In this document: one piece after another, positions 1 through 9,845 of the stretch
Layout: the number at the start of each line of letters is the position of its first letter
Position numbering within the stretch: the first letter of the stretch is position 1
DNA from: an uncultured virus (IMG/VR IMGVR_UViG_3300027743_000022)
Taxonomy: Duplodnaviria > Heunggongvirae > Uroviricota > Caudoviricetes
IMG/VR virus record: IMGVR_UViG_3300027743_000022
Reading direction: 5' to 3' (one strand)
DNA: 63,813 bases
Position numbers and translations under genes: made by a program
The notes under the pieces: model-generated
Databases searched by the model: none
What the model was told of the DNA's origin: nothing
The model's input: the letters and a program-made list of their open reading frames with translations, nothing else

Positions 1-286
1 GTTTTGTATTATCATCAATGAATTTTAATTTCCTTAATAAGGATATACAAGAGTTTATTAGAAAGAAAGATGTAGAGCAAGAACATTATTCTGTATTAAG
101 TAGAAAAGATGTTTTATACATCTATTTAGATAATGGAGATCGTATTGATGTTCGATTATAGGTTATTTTAAGGGCACACAACAAACAAAAAAAGAAAAGA
201 GAACGAAAGAGATATTTATTCATATAAGTCCTATTTAAAGGGCTTATAATGGATATTTGTTTGATTGTGTTGTTTGGAAATAGTTG

Positions 287-311
287 AGAGAGGAGTAATT
301 AGCCTCTCTTT
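287..311 (+). terminator. Hairpin, possible terminator or regulatory stem-loop
   Basis: AGAGAGG-agtaattag-CCTCTCT followed by a short T tract. Confidence 0.45.
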
Positions 312-380
312 GCTATTTTATTATTGCGTATTATATAGCATAAACAGACAATTACAGTTAAATTTAAAAATTAAATTATT

Positions 381-671
381 ATGGCAGAGTTAGTTATTAG
401 TAGAGGAGAGATGGTTAAGATATTAAATAACCATTTTACAGCAATTGTAGAGAATATATCTTGTGGAGGTGAATTTTCATTTAAACCTGAAGATAGATTT
501 CAGATATTTACAAATTTCAAGGATGGTAAGAATCTTTCTTGTAAATGGGCTACTCTTATGGAGTGTTATCATTTACATGAAACAGAGACAGAACCATCTT
601 GGTTAGTTAAAGCTGAAAGTGATTATCCTGAGTTTTTAGTTATGGCTAATAAGAAGATATTAGGACTATGA
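381..671 (+). CDS. Hypothetical phage protein
   Basis: ORF with AT-rich leader, coupled to next ORF. Confidence 0.7.
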   Translation: MAELVISRGEMVKILNNHFTAIVENISCGGEFSFKPEDRFQIFTNFKDGKNLSCKWATLMECYHLHETETEPSWLVKAESDYPEFLVMANKKILGL

Positions 672-838
672 TTATTAAGATATTTACAGCTATTGTATCC
701 CTATTGCTTATTGTGATAGGGATATTGTGTTATCAGATTAGTATAAATGCATTTTATAATTATTTGATATTTATGGTGCCAATGGCATTATTGAGGTTTA
801 CACGTAGTATATTATTAATTAAAACTCAGAGATTATGA
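668..838 (+). CDS. Small membrane protein (56 aa)
   Basis: Hand-translated MIIKIFTAIVSLLLIVIGILC...; ATGA overlaps at both ends. Confidence 0.55.
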   Translation: MIIKIFTAIVSLLLIVIGILCYQISINAFYNYLIFMVPMALLRFTRSILLIKTQRL

Positions 839-1041
839 TTAAAGAAACTTTGAAAGAATCTTTGTTACAGACATGGTTATTTGTATCTATTATACTATTT
901 CTTGTAGCATTGATTGTTGGTTCTTATTCTTCTATGGAGATAAAACATATAATGATGTATGTTTTGTTAGCTACAGAGTTGAGTTCAATTGCTGCTATGT
1001 TCTTTTTATATAAATATAATAAGAAACGTAATAGAGTATAA
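835..1041 (+). CDS. Small 2-TM membrane protein
   Basis: Two hydrophobic stretches, basic C-terminus. Confidence 0.65.
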   Translation: MIKETLKESLLQTWLFVSIILFLVALIVGSYSSMEIKHIMMYVLLATELSSIAAMFFLYKYNKKRNRV

Positions 1042-1043
1042 TT

Positions 1044-1223
1044 ATGGAGAAGTTATTAAGTGTAATATTTGTAGGTGCATTAGCAATATTTGCTGTATGG
1101 TTCATTATAAATTTAATTCCAGTGGTAATAGCTATTATTGTGAATAGTATTGCTTATGTAGGTATTCTTATAGTATTAGCTTTAGTGTTAATGTTTATTG
1201 GTAGTTTAATAGAGAAAAAATAA
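1044..1223 (+). CDS. Small 2-TM membrane protein (59 aa)
   Basis: Hand-translated MEKLLSVIFVGALAIFAVWF...; fills the gap between neighbours. Confidence 0.6.
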   Translation: MEKLLSVIFVGALAIFAVWFIINLIPVVIAIIVNSIAYVGILIVLALVLMFIGSLIEKK

Positions 1224-1224
1224 T

Positions 1225-1611
1225 ATGGAAGAGTTATTTGTTCCTTATAAAGAATCCCTAGCTCTTAAAGAGTTAGGGTTTAATGAAGAATGTCTTGGCT
1301 ATTATAATGGTAATCCTCATAATCTTCAATATATGTATAATGGTAAACCTGAAAAATTTACTGATAAAAGAATGGGAGTATGTGGTAATCATATAGCAGG
1401 TTGGACTTCAGCACCATTATATCAACAAGCTTTTAAATGGTTTAGAGAGAAACATGAAATGTATTCATTTGTTGAAACTATATATATAGGATATAACTAT
1501 GTTATTGATTATGAAGGTGAGACTATTGAGGGATTAATGCTTTCTACTTATGAAGAAGCAGAATTAGATTGTTTAAGAAAGTTAATAGAAATAGTAAAGA
1601 GTAAAAATTAG
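1225..1611 (+). CDS. Conserved Bacteroidota-phage hypothetical protein
   Basis: Recurrent phage motifs LALKELGF, APLYQQAFKWFREK, TYEEAEL. Confidence 0.8.
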   Translation: MEELFVPYKESLALKELGFNEECLGYYNGNPHNLQYMYNGKPEKFTDKRMGVCGNHIAGWTSAPLYQQAFKWFREKHEMYSFVETIYIGYNYVIDYEGETIEGLMLSTYEEAELDCLRKLIEIVKSKN

Positions 1612-1615
1612 AGTT

Positions 1616-1867
1616 ATGAGAAAGTTTATTTTATTATTGGTTATGATTAGTTGTACAAATTTCTATAGTTATGGACAGAAGGTCTATAACTTAGATGAAC
1701 GTAAGGTTCAGAGTAAGGATAGTGTTTATTACAAACCTACAGGGGATTTCGCCATTCATAATGGTAAACAATATATTGTGTATATGTCTCAAAGAGGTAA
1801 ATACTTTATAATTGTTACTTCAAAGAATGGTAAGACATATAAAAAATATTTTAAAACTACTGCATAA
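1616..1867 (+). CDS. Secreted or lipoprotein hypothetical
   Basis: N-terminal signal-like MRKFILLLVMISC. Confidence 0.7.
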   Translation: MRKFILLLVMISCTNFYSYGQKVYNLDERKVQSKDSVYYKPTGDFAIHNGKQYIVYMSQRGKYFIIVTSKNGKTYKKYFKTTA

Positions 1868-2181
1868 TGAATTGGTTCAATCAAATAGTAAATAAAGATT
1901 CTGTCCCTAAAGAGGGGCAGATCTATGTAGCAATACAAAATGGTAAGGCTATGAGGTATAATGATGCTAATCACTTTGGTCATATACATAAAGTATTATC
2001 ATTTCCATCTGTAGAGTTAGCTAATTATTTCATCTCTAAGTGGGATAGTAATAAAATGAATGATTATAGACAGGCTATGCCTAAAGAATCATTTGTATTT
2101 TATGTTTATGATAAGGTTAGAGATGGATATTATGCTGATGATATTAGAATGTATCCTGAATGGGAATCAACAATAATATAA
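1867..2181 (+). CDS. Hypothetical protein
   Basis: TAATG-coupled ORF. Confidence 0.7.
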   Translation: MNWFNQIVNKDSVPKEGQIYVAIQNGKAMRYNDANHFGHIHKVLSFPSVELANYFISKWDSNKMNDYRQAMPKESFVFYVYDKVRDGYYADDIRMYPEWESTII

Positions 2182-2182
2182 T

Positions 2183-2560
2183 ATGAAAAAAATCACAACA
2201 ATCATATTACTGTTATTATTGGTATCATGTACAGCTGAAGAGAGTAATTATATGCCTCAGGTATATTATACTGATGTTGATGTACATGTAGAATTTGAAA
2301 CAACATATGAAGATGTGAAAATATCTATATATGATGTTGAGAATAACAAATATATCTATCAAGGTAATGATACTAAACTTGATATGATGTTCTCAGGTAA
2401 ATACAGAGGTAAATATGTATTTCTTTTTGAAAGAGAAGCATCTACTATTATTAATCCTTATTTATTTCTACGTATTAAAAACAAAACAACAAACAAAATA
2501 ATTGAAGAGTATGAATTTAAAGAATGTATATTAAGTTATAAACTTTCATTCATTGCTTAA
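2183..2560 (+). CDS. Putative lipoprotein
   Basis: MKK-hydrophobic-LVSC lipobox. Confidence 0.75.
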   Translation: MKKITTIILLLLLVSCTAEESNYMPQVYYTDVDVHVEFETTYEDVKISIYDVENNKYIYQGNDTKLDMMFSGKYRGKYVFLFEREASTIINPYLFLRIKNKTTNKIIEEYEFKECILSYKLSFIA

Positions 2561-2687
2561 TAATACTAAAAAACTTAAATAACTTTCCAAGTTGTTGAGG
2601 ACAGCAAGTTTCTAAATAAGTACCAACTGGGCTGTTTAGTTTTATGCTGTAAAACACAATTTAAATAATTAAATACAAACAAACAAG

Positions 2688-3140
2688 ATGAAAAATTTCA
2701 ACAAACAAATTCAGATTACAGTAGAGTTAGACACAATTGCACAAAATTTATTGTCTACAATTAGAGAAGATGAGAAACATAGAGAGCTAATAGTTGAGGC
2801 TATTATTGGTAAAATGGAATCTACCAATGATACAACAGCAATGACATTACTTTACAATGCTCTCAATGGATTTACCAATTCAGTAAACTTCAAAGAAGGT
2901 GATAAAGTTATTTGTTCTAATGAAGTTTATGCTCATTGGGAAGAAGAACAAAGGGCTTCTATGAGAGCTATTGGAGAGGCTAAAGTAATTGAAATCAATG
3001 AGTATGCTAAGAATAAGGTTAAAATTGAATACTATTTACCTCAAAGTGATGGTAGTTCAACTAAATCTTCTTCTTGGGTATCTCATACACAATGTTCTAA
3101 AGTACCAGTAGAGGTAACAATTGAAGAATTGGCTGACTAA
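2688..3140 (+). CDS. Hypothetical protein
   Basis: 150-aa ORF with CAAA-repeat leader. Confidence 0.8.
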   Translation: MKNFNKQIQITVELDTIAQNLLSTIREDEKHRELIVEAIIGKMESTNDTTAMTLLYNALNGFTNSVNFKEGDKVICSNEVYAHWEEEQRASMRAIGEAKVIEINEYAKNKVKIEYYLPQSDGSSTKSSSWVSHTQCSKVPVEVTIEELAD

Positions 3141-3142
3141 CA

Positions 3143-3364
3143 ATGATATATGTATTTATTTTAATGGCAATAACAGGACTATTAGTCCTGTTTGCTTTTT
3201 TAAAACAGATTATGTATATATTGTGGGAAGAAAGGATGTATAAAAGTATGTTTCCATTACCATATAAGATAATAGTAGTATTGTTTTTATTTCTTTTAAT
3301 AGCATTATTTGTATACGGAGTATTTTATGTATATGATTCTTTAAAGATTTGTTTATGGACATAA
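3143..3364 (+). CDS. Small 2-TM membrane protein
   Basis: Two hydrophobic helices. Confidence 0.65.
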   Translation: MIYVFILMAITGLLVLFAFLKQIMYILWEERMYKSMFPLPYKIIVVLFLFLLIALFVYGVFYVYDSLKICLWT

Positions 3365-3567
3365 GGATTTTTTTAATAATGACCATAATGTCATTTGTTA
3401 TAGTATTATTTGTATTAGAAGCAATATTAAGACAATTAGCAAATATAGGAGGTTTATTTGGTGGTAAATGGTATAACACGGTTTTAAGTATAGTAGCTAT
3501 AATTTTATTAGTAATCCTTGAATTAGTTTTAGCAGGTGTAATGCTTGAATTATTCAATAAACTTTAA
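3349..3567 (+). CDS. Small 2-TM membrane protein (start probably 3355)
   Basis: Two hydrophobic helices. Confidence 0.6.
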   Translation: MFMDIRIFLIMTIMSFVIVLFVLEAILRQLANIGGLFGGKWYNTVLSIVAIILLVILELVLAGVMLELFNKL

Positions 3568-3572
3568 TTATT

Positions 3573-3887
3573 ATGAAAAAATTTGTAATAGGTTCATTGG
3601 CCATTTTTGTTATAAGTGCCATATCTTTTTCTTTTGTAGAGAAAGATCGTCAGAGGTTAGAAGAGAGAATTGTAGAACTTACCAAAGAGAATAAAAGACT
3701 TGAAAGAGGTATTCATTTGATTTGGACAGAAGATGATGAAGCATTACCACCAGATGGTAAATTAGTTAGAATACTAATGACTGTTGAAGATAGTGTATTT
3801 ATTGGTTTACCTAATTATTCTTCTTTTAAAGGAGATGATTACAGAAAAGTGATGTATACTTTAAGCAATAGACCATATGCTGATTAA
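3573..3887 (+). CDS. Membrane-anchored coiled-coil protein
   Basis: N-terminal TM then heptad-like RQRLEERIVELTKENKRLE. Confidence 0.7.
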   Translation: MKKFVIGSLAIFVISAISFSFVEKDRQRLEERIVELTKENKRLERGIHLIWTEDDEALPPDGKLVRILMTVEDSVFIGLPNYSSFKGDDYRKVMYTLSNRPYAD

Positions 3888-4200
3888 GGAGAGAGGATGC
3901 ACTAAGTGCAAAGACATTAAACCATTCTCTGAATTTCATAAGAGTGCTAAGGGTAAATATGGGATTAGTTGTGTATGTAAGCCTTGTTCAAGTGCAATAA
4001 GTAAACAGAAATATATTGATGATCCTGAAAGAATGAGAAGTTATTCTAAGTATGCTGGTTATAGTCATGAGCATTATTTGAAGAATAAAGATAAAATCAG
4101 AGCTGCTCATAAGAAATATTACGAGAATAACAAGGAAGAAATTCTTCAAAAGTATAGAGAAAAATATCAATCTAAAAAAAATAACAATGGATCCATTTAA
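3877..4200 (+). CDS. Zn-binding protein resembling the N-terminal part of phage HNH/EndoVII endonucleases, no catalytic domain visible
   Basis: CTKC...FHK...CKPC followed by YYxxNKE-type repeats. Confidence 0.65.
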   Translation: MLIKERGCTKCKDIKPFSEFHKSAKGKYGISCVCKPCSSAISKQKYIDDPERMRSYSKYAGYSHEHYLKNKDKIRAAHKKYYENNKEEILQKYREKYQSKKNNNGSI

Positions 4201-4432
4201 TTTAGAAGAACGTTATAAATCTTACTTGTATAAAGTAAAGATAAAAGAAGAAGATATGTCTCCAGTACAAAAAGTGGAGACTAAAAGAGCTTTTATGGCA
4301 GGATGTGCAGAAGTACTTGTTCTAATGACTGATGATATAGCTGATATGGAAGAAGATGATGCTGTTCTTAAAATAGATTCATTAGTCGATCAGGTTCAAG
4401 AATTTTGGGATAAGCAAACAAATGAGTATTAA
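4187..4432 (+). CDS. Conserved phage hypothetical protein
   Basis: QxxETKRAFMAG motif. Confidence 0.75.
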   Translation: MDPFNLEERYKSYLYKVKIKEEDMSPVQKVETKRAFMAGCAEVLVLMTDDIADMEEDDAVLKIDSLVDQVQEFWDKQTNEY

Positions 4433-4449
4433 TTTTAATTTTTTATATT

Positions 4450-4719
4450 ATGGACACAACATGTGTAATTCGTAAGGTAAATCCAGACTATGCTGGTAAA
4501 ATTGTAGAATCTATGAACAAATATCCTATTGAGGATATAGATGTATCTGTTATTACTAAAGAGAGTAAAACATATGTATGTATTACTTGTCCTGAAGACA
4601 CAACACCACAAACAATCCTAAATTTAGGTGTATTACTGGGTAATGTAGAATGTGAGGTAGCTAATTCCTTCAGATCTACAAGAGCAGCATCAGTTAAAAC
4701 CGTTCCTGAAACTAAGTAA
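4450..4719 (+). CDS. Hypothetical protein
   Basis: ORF followed by terminator hairpin. Confidence 0.7.
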   Translation: MDTTCVIRKVNPDYAGKIVESMNKYPIEDIDVSVITKESKTYVCITCPEDTTPQTILNLGVLLGNVECEVANSFRSTRAASVKTVPETK

Positions 4720-4731
4720 TTAACCTTCATT

Positions 4732-4759
4732 AGCTGTCCTTGTAATGAGGACAGCTTTT
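4732..4759 (+). terminator. Intrinsic terminator
   Basis: AGCTGTCCT-tgtaatg-AGGACAGCT-TTT. Confidence 0.65.
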
Positions 4760-4779
4760 GTATTAAACACACATCAAAT

Positions 4780-5160
4780 ATGGCTTATGGTATTGTAATA
4801 ACAGTAAAGGATAAAAATTATCTACAAGTAACTGAGACTTTTGCTATTCAAGGTTATAAAGAAATAGAAGAAGCTCTTGCTACATTTAAGGGTTTTAGTC
4901 AAAATTATTTTAGTGAAAGTTATGAATCTCATATCTCTAGTGGTATGGGATTGATAAATTTAAGACCAAGAATTATAGAACTACCTGAAGATCCTTCAGA
5001 TCTTAAAGAATATATGTTACAAGATACTGCAACATATCTTAAAGGGATGGGATTTGGATATGCTGTAAATTCTTCTGGAGTTGAAGTTAGTGAAAGTATT
5101 GAGGAGCTTGTTGTAATAGATGTAGCTAATGAAGTAATAACTAAAAGAGAACCTATATGA
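4780..5160 (+). CDS. Hypothetical protein
   Basis: ORF track; CA-rich leader. Confidence 0.75.
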   Translation: MAYGIVITVKDKNYLQVTETFAIQGYKEIEEALATFKGFSQNYFSESYESHISSGMGLINLRPRIIELPEDPSDLKEYMLQDTATYLKGMGFGYAVNSSGVEVSESIEELVVIDVANEVITKREPI

Positions 5161-5408
5161 CATCAGAGGAAATTATTTTAAAAAAGTACAATGTTGAAAC
5201 ATTAAAAGATATTGCTATTTCTGGTGATAAAGTTTCTGAATTGATGATTGAATTTGCTAAACTCTATGCTAAAGAGGCATTAGAGTATGGATTAGATTAT
5301 GGATATAATCAAGGGTTTGCAAATGCCTCAGAAGATGATCCTGAATATAAAGAATTAGATTATCAAGAGGTTTTTAATGAATGGCTTAATGAAAATAAAA
5401 TCATATGA
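5157..5408 (+). CDS. Hypothetical protein, paralogue of 15774..15980
   Basis: Shared MIEFAKL motif. Confidence 0.75.
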   Translation: MTSEEIILKKYNVETLKDIAISGDKVSELMIEFAKLYAKEALEYGLDYGYNQGFANASEDDPEYKELDYQEVFNEWLNENKII

Positions 5409-5632
5409 AAGTAGAGATTATTAAAGATAAAGACAATCATCCTATTGGTTGGACTATGGAAGGTGATACCAGAGAAGAAATGGATAAGCTTATAGATATA
5501 AGAAATTTACAATTCTTTGGATTTAATTCTACTAATATTGTATATAATGGTAGAAAAGGAGGAAATAATAAAGAATTTAATCCTGGAGTATTAAGTTGGA
5601 TACAAGAACGTTTCACTAAAAAAATTAAATAA
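5405..5632 (+). CDS. Hypothetical protein
   Basis: ATGA-coupled ORF. Confidence 0.7.
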   Translation: MKVEIIKDKDNHPIGWTMEGDTREEMDKLIDIRNLQFFGFNSTNIVYNGRKGGNNKEFNPGVLSWIQERFTKKIK

Positions 5633-5634
5633 TT

Positions 5635-5892
5635 ATGAGTAGTACACTAAAAATTGATACCATTACTGCATTTGTGTCAACAGATGATGAAGGTAATGAA
5701 GGAGTTATGGGATTTAAAGGTTCTGAAGGTTGGGTGCCTATGATAGGTGCTAACGAAGCTAGAATAACATCTTTGTTACCTGTAGCCAAATTAATATCAG
5801 GAATAACAGAGAGGCCATTTAGGATAGTACAATTTAGTACCATGACAGATATTACTGAAGAGGTGACTTCTAAACATGAGCATCATGAGTAG
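5635..5892 (+). CDS. Conserved phage hypothetical protein
   Basis: AFVxxDxxGxEGV...WVPMIGA motif. Confidence 0.7.
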   Translation: MSSTLKIDTITAFVSTDDEGNEGVMGFKGSEGWVPMIGANEARITSLLPVAKLISGITERPFRIVQFSTMTDITEEVTSKHEHHE

Positions 5893-6247
5893 TGAATCAA
5901 CTAAGATAAAGGTAGCTACAGAGGAAATTAAAGAAATTCTTCGTAAGCATGATTTAGCAGGAGCTATAGGTATTCATACACCAGGTCAAGCATATATGTT
6001 TTTACATTTTAATACTTCATATTCTTGTGCATATATTTATGATGAGAAGCATATGCGTATTTATAGTAAATCCAGTGACTATGCTACTGAAGAGGAACAC
6101 TTTCAGAAAGTAAAATCTACTTCTAATATGTTCAAAATGTTATTAGATGCTTCTAGTTTATTGGTTGTGGCACTACAAAAGTATTCTTCAACATTAGATG
6201 GTATTGTGCATGCTACACATGGTAAAGGAACCTTTAAACCAGATTAA
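5876..6247 (+). CDS. Hypothetical protein
   Basis: ORF track. Confidence 0.7.
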   Translation: MSIMSSESTKIKVATEEIKEILRKHDLAGAIGIHTPGQAYMFLHFNTSYSCAYIYDEKHMRIYSKSSDYATEEEHFQKVKSTSNMFKMLLDASSLLVVALQKYSSTLDGIVHATHGKGTFKPD

Positions 6248-6387
6248 GGGTAAACCATTTTAAATTAATTAATTATAATGGACCTAGTTTATTACATAGG
6301 AATAATAGTTATAATAGGACTTATATTAGGATTCTATTTAGCTAAGTTTTATGATGAATAACAACAACAAACAAACAAACACACACA

Positions 6388-6636
6388 ATGAAAACAACAA
6401 ACATAATTATCAAGTTTCATCATAATAGTATGACTTCAGAAACTTTAGATGTCGAACAAAGACAAGCACATACTAATGTATTTATGTGGCTAGTGGACAA
6501 TACGCCTTGTATAGAGGACAAAAAAACTGTTTATGATGACTATGTCCAGCAGTGTGAAAATAATGCTGTAAAAGCCTATTTTACAGAGAATACATTTAAT
6601 AATTATTTTGGCTTAATACCTACTGATAATGAGTAG
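6388..6636 (+). CDS. Hypothetical protein
   Basis: Preceded by CAA/CA-repeat leader. Confidence 0.7.
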   Translation: MKTTNIIIKFHHNSMTSETLDVEQRQAHTNVFMWLVDNTPCIEDKKTVYDDYVQQCENNAVKAYFTENTFNNYFGLIPTDNE

Positions 6637-6922
6637 GTTTTTAAGTAGTAATATCAATACTATTACTAACAATAGCCTTTTGGGATTTGTGACCAATAAA
6701 GGTGAGAGAGGAACTATCCTCGCTGATCTTTATCACGATAAGTTTATACCTGCTGTATTGAATAAAACTACTGGATGTTTGCAAATTAGTTTTGTTCATT
6801 ATGATAGCAAGAAGCAATGGATTGAAAGTATTCACGATGTTAATTATGTTGGTATCGTTAAGACTGTTCATCTCTTTGATGATTACTCAGATATGTATAA
6901 ATGGTTAATAGAGGAAGAATGA
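6629..6922 (+). CDS. Hypothetical protein
   Basis: Coupled ORF. Confidence 0.7.
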   Translation: MSRFLSSNINTITNNSLLGFVTNKGERGTILADLYHDKFIPAVLNKTTGCLQISFVHYDSKKQWIESIHDVNYVGIVKTVHLFDDYSDMYKWLIEEE

Positions 6923-7095
6923 AAAAATTATTCTACATAATTCCAATAATGATGATAATAACTATGTTCCTTATTATAATGGACATAGTTACTCATCATA
7001 CAAATCCTTTCTTTATACCAGCTGCTGTAGTATTATTATTTATAATATCATTCTTATTATTGGTATTAGTCTATGTCATTCTCAGGAATAGGTAA
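6919..7095 (+). CDS. Small 2-TM membrane protein
   Basis: Start moved to the ATGA overlap (MKKLFYII); two hydrophobic helices. Confidence 0.6.
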   Translation: MKKLFYIIPIMMIITMFLIIMDIVTHHTNPFFIPAAVVLLFIISFLLLVLVYVILRNR

Positions 7096-7097
7096 GT

Positions 7098-7316
7098 ATG
7101 TCGAGTCATTTATATTTTATTGTTATAGGTTCCTTCATAATAGGAACCTCAGCTTTCTTAGTATGGCTAACAATGAAAGAGTACAAAATACTCTTGGATC
7201 CGAAGGTATCAGTGATATTAAAAATATCTCTGATAATTGTATGGTTATTTATAATAAAAAATCTAGTAGAAGTATTAGTTTTATATTATTACTTAATCAC
7301 CAATCACTATATCTAA
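7098..7316 (+). CDS. Small 2-TM membrane protein
   Basis: Two hydrophobic helices. Confidence 0.6.
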   Translation: MSSHLYFIVIGSFIIGTSAFLVWLTMKEYKILLDPKVSVILKISLIIVWLFIIKNLVEVLVLYYYLITNHYI

Positions 7317-7363
7317 CAACAAACAACCCATATTTATTTCAAACAAACAACAACGCAAACAAA

Positions 7364-7915
7364 ATGGAAAATATCAGAGAAGCCCAGAGGAGGTTATTGA
7401 CCCTCTCTCTGACAGTTAAAAGTGACGTACATGATAGTAAATCTATGACTGCCCTTAAAGTATTATTAATGCAATTAGCATTAGAAGGAAGTTTAGATGA
7501 AAGAAAATTTAGAGAGGCATTTAATATGACTCTTGCTGCATCAGTAGGATTTTCAACTGATGATGATGTATTTTTTATGGATTTTATAAATGAGATGTAT
7601 GACATTAAGGATAAATTACTACAACCTAATACTGATATGGATCTTGAGGGAGCTCTAAAAGAAATAAACATCCTTCATGATACTGTAAAAGATATGAATG
7701 TTCTTCAACAGGGTAGTAATCCAGAATGTGTATTGCTCGAGGCTAGAATAAACACATTTTTACATGACTGTCCATGTTCAAGAACTGAAAAGACTATTCT
7801 TGTTGATGTACTTATAATGTGTGCAGGAGAAGCCTCTAGCAGAGATAAATCTGGTACTCTTGGCTTTGTATGTGATGAATTAAAAAGAATTAAAACATCA
7901 TATAATATATGCTAA
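7364..7915 (+). CDS. Hypothetical helical protein
   Basis: Start reassigned from 7073 to the ATG after the CAAA leader (MENIREAQ). Confidence 0.7.
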   Translation: MENIREAQRRLLTLSLTVKSDVHDSKSMTALKVLLMQLALEGSLDERKFREAFNMTLAASVGFSTDDDVFFMDFINEMYDIKDKLLQPNTDMDLEGALKEINILHDTVKDMNVLQQGSNPECVLLEARINTFLHDCPCSRTEKTILVDVLIMCAGEASSRDKSGTLGFVCDELKRIKTSYNIC

Positions 7916-8009
7916 AGAAAACATTATTATTCATATGGAGTATTGTTAAACTGATTATAATTATAGCAGTGGCAGTAGTATTACTAACAACACTAGTACA
8001 ACTTGTTAA

Positions 8010-8561
8010 ATGAAGCCAGTATTAATAGAACAATGGAGACCATTAGCTGGATTATCTACTCACCAAATATCCAATTATGGTAGAATACGAAGTGTTGACA
8101 GAATAGTACCAATTAAAAGGGGAGACCAATATTATACTATATTTAGGAAGAGTAAAGTACTTGCCTTAAGACGTGGTAAACAGTTTCCCTATTTATTCAC
8201 TTCTATTTGTTATGTGGACGTAAATACCTATAAGAAATTTAATAGGACAGTACACGTACACAGAGCTGTAGCAGAAGCTTTTGTCAGAAAGTCTAAAAAA
8301 GTTAGAGACTATGAGGCTGCAGGAGGTAAAGTATATGCTACACATATTATCAAAGATTATGAGAATAATCGTTCTGATAATGTAAAATGGATTACCCATT
8401 CTGAGCTAATGAAGTCTGGAGACAGACAAAAAATAGCAGAAAGAGCATGGTTAAAGAGGAAACATGTATATGGTTACTCAGGAACCGAAAAAGGATTATT
8501 AAAACAAACATACAATCAAATAATTAAAAAAGAACATCATGCAGAGAACAATCACGGATAA
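8010..8561 (+). CDS. NUMOD4/HNH homing-endonuclease-like protein, possibly degenerate
   Basis: EQWRP...ISNYGRIRSVDR (NUMOD4); VHRAVAEAF...H...NNRSDNVKW. Confidence 0.8.
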   Translation: MKPVLIEQWRPLAGLSTHQISNYGRIRSVDRIVPIKRGDQYYTIFRKSKVLALRRGKQFPYLFTSICYVDVNTYKKFNRTVHVHRAVAEAFVRKSKKVRDYEAAGGKVYATHIIKDYENNRSDNVKWITHSELMKSGDRQKIAERAWLKRKHVYGYSGTEKGLLKQTYNQIIKKEHHAENNHG

Positions 8562-9033
8562 AGAAATTACAAAAAGAGCAAATTTATTATTTACAGCTCT
8601 TGAATTATTGTGGGCAGAACCTAATAGAGAAATGGTTCGTGAAGATTTTATGGACTTATTAAAAACAGCACCAAGTGCAACTAATATATCTAGTTCTTTA
8701 AGTCACCACAATATTATTAAACTAGTTGCAAGAGGAAGAAATAAAGGAATTATCCAATATGTAGGGATAGCACCAAATCCTGTTGTATGTAAGAAAGTTG
8801 TTGAATATGCAGTAGAGAGAGCAAGAAGTTGGAATACTAAGCATAAAGCTACTCAACGCAATAATAAAACAATGACAGTACAAGAAGCTGCTGCTACTAT
8901 TGTTAAACCTGGACCATTACAGTATACTCAGTTCCTAAAGGAATTGTCTATTCTTAAAGAAAGATATAAGATGACTGTATCTAATGCTGAGATTGAAATC
9001 ACTGTTAAAGTGAGTTCATTAGCTAACGTTTAA
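8539..9033 (+). CDS. Hypothetical protein
   Basis: ORF followed by terminator. Confidence 0.75.
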   Translation: MQRTITDKEITKRANLLFTALELLWAEPNREMVREDFMDLLKTAPSATNISSSLSHHNIIKLVARGRNKGIIQYVGIAPNPVVCKKVVEYAVERARSWNTKHKATQRNNKTMTVQEAAATIVKPGPLQYTQFLKELSILKERYKMTVSNAEIEITVKVSSLANV

Positions 9034-9039
9034 TATTTC

Positions 9040-9066
9040 CAGGGAGGAGCAATTCTCCCTGTTTTT
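9040..9066 (+). terminator. Intrinsic terminator
   Basis: CAGGGAG-gagcaatt-CTCCCTG-TTTTT. Confidence 0.75.
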
Positions 9067-9101
9067 ATACATTTATTTATTAATTTTTAAAACCTATTAT
9101 T

Positions 9102-9470
9102 ATGGGAGACGCAGCAGAAGCATTGTTAAATGGAGAAGTAGATTTCTACACAGGAGAGTTTTTGGATGGAGATAGTCCAGGTTATCCAAGAACATTTGAT
9201 CAAATGGGTGGTATTAAACCCTTTTATCAAAACTTGACACCATCTGAGAAGAGAATCAGAGATGTTAAGATTGAACTTAAGAAGCTTATTAAGTCTAAAC
9301 AAAAGCTTTGTACTACAGACAAGCAGAGAAATCAAGCTCTAGAAACTGCCAGACAGGAAATAAACAAGAAGTATGGCAAGGGATGGAGAGAAAGAGGATT
9401 GGTCTCTAACTCTGACAATCAATGGTCTAAGGAAGAATTAGAAAAGTATTCCAAGCCAAAGAAAAAATAA
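9102..9470 (+). CDS. Conserved phage hypothetical protein
   Basis: MGDAAEALLNGE...TGEFL...GYPRT N-terminus. Confidence 0.75.
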   Translation: MGDAAEALLNGEVDFYTGEFLDGDSPGYPRTFDQMGGIKPFYQNLTPSEKRIRDVKIELKKLIKSKQKLCTTDKQRNQALETARQEINKKYGKGWRERGLVSNSDNQWSKEELEKYSKPKKK

Positions 9471-9531
9471 TACGCATACAACAAACAAACAAACAAAAAG
9501 ATTAACAACAACAACCAACAAACTATTTATT

Positions 9532-9843
9532 ATGGTAATTTCAGACGAAGATTACAAAGCTTTATTTGCAAAAGGGAATTTTGCAGTGACTAAAGGTAAA
9601 ATCATCCTTAATAAAGGAGTAAAGCTGAGCAGTGGGGGCTTCCTCATTGATGATGAATGTGTAGTAGACCATTCTAAAGAAAGAATGGAATTTCTGAACT
9701 CTAACCAGAAAGAGCGTAGCTCCTATATGGATTTCTATGGTATTGACAATTTCTATTTTTATGGTGATGGTCACGATAAAGGAGAAGTGTTGGATACATC
9801 CAGTATTGACGTTTTAGCAGAATGCTTGAAAATTCTTGATTAA
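9532..9843 (+). CDS. Hypothetical protein
   Basis: Long CAA-rich leader. Confidence 0.75.
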   Translation: MVISDEDYKALFAKGNFAVTKGKIILNKGVKLSSGGFLIDDECVVDHSKERMEFLNSNQKERSSYMDFYGIDNFYFYGDGHDKGEVLDTSSIDVLAECLKILD

Positions 9844-9845
9844 CC

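Noticed and set aside
2605..2615. GTTTCTA resembling a purine riboswitch junction
   Set aside because: Remaining aptamer stems and loops are not present
7073..7363. N-terminal extension of the 280-aa ORF
   Set aside because: Overlaps a plausible membrane-protein gene and reads through the CAAA leader; start at 7364 is more likely
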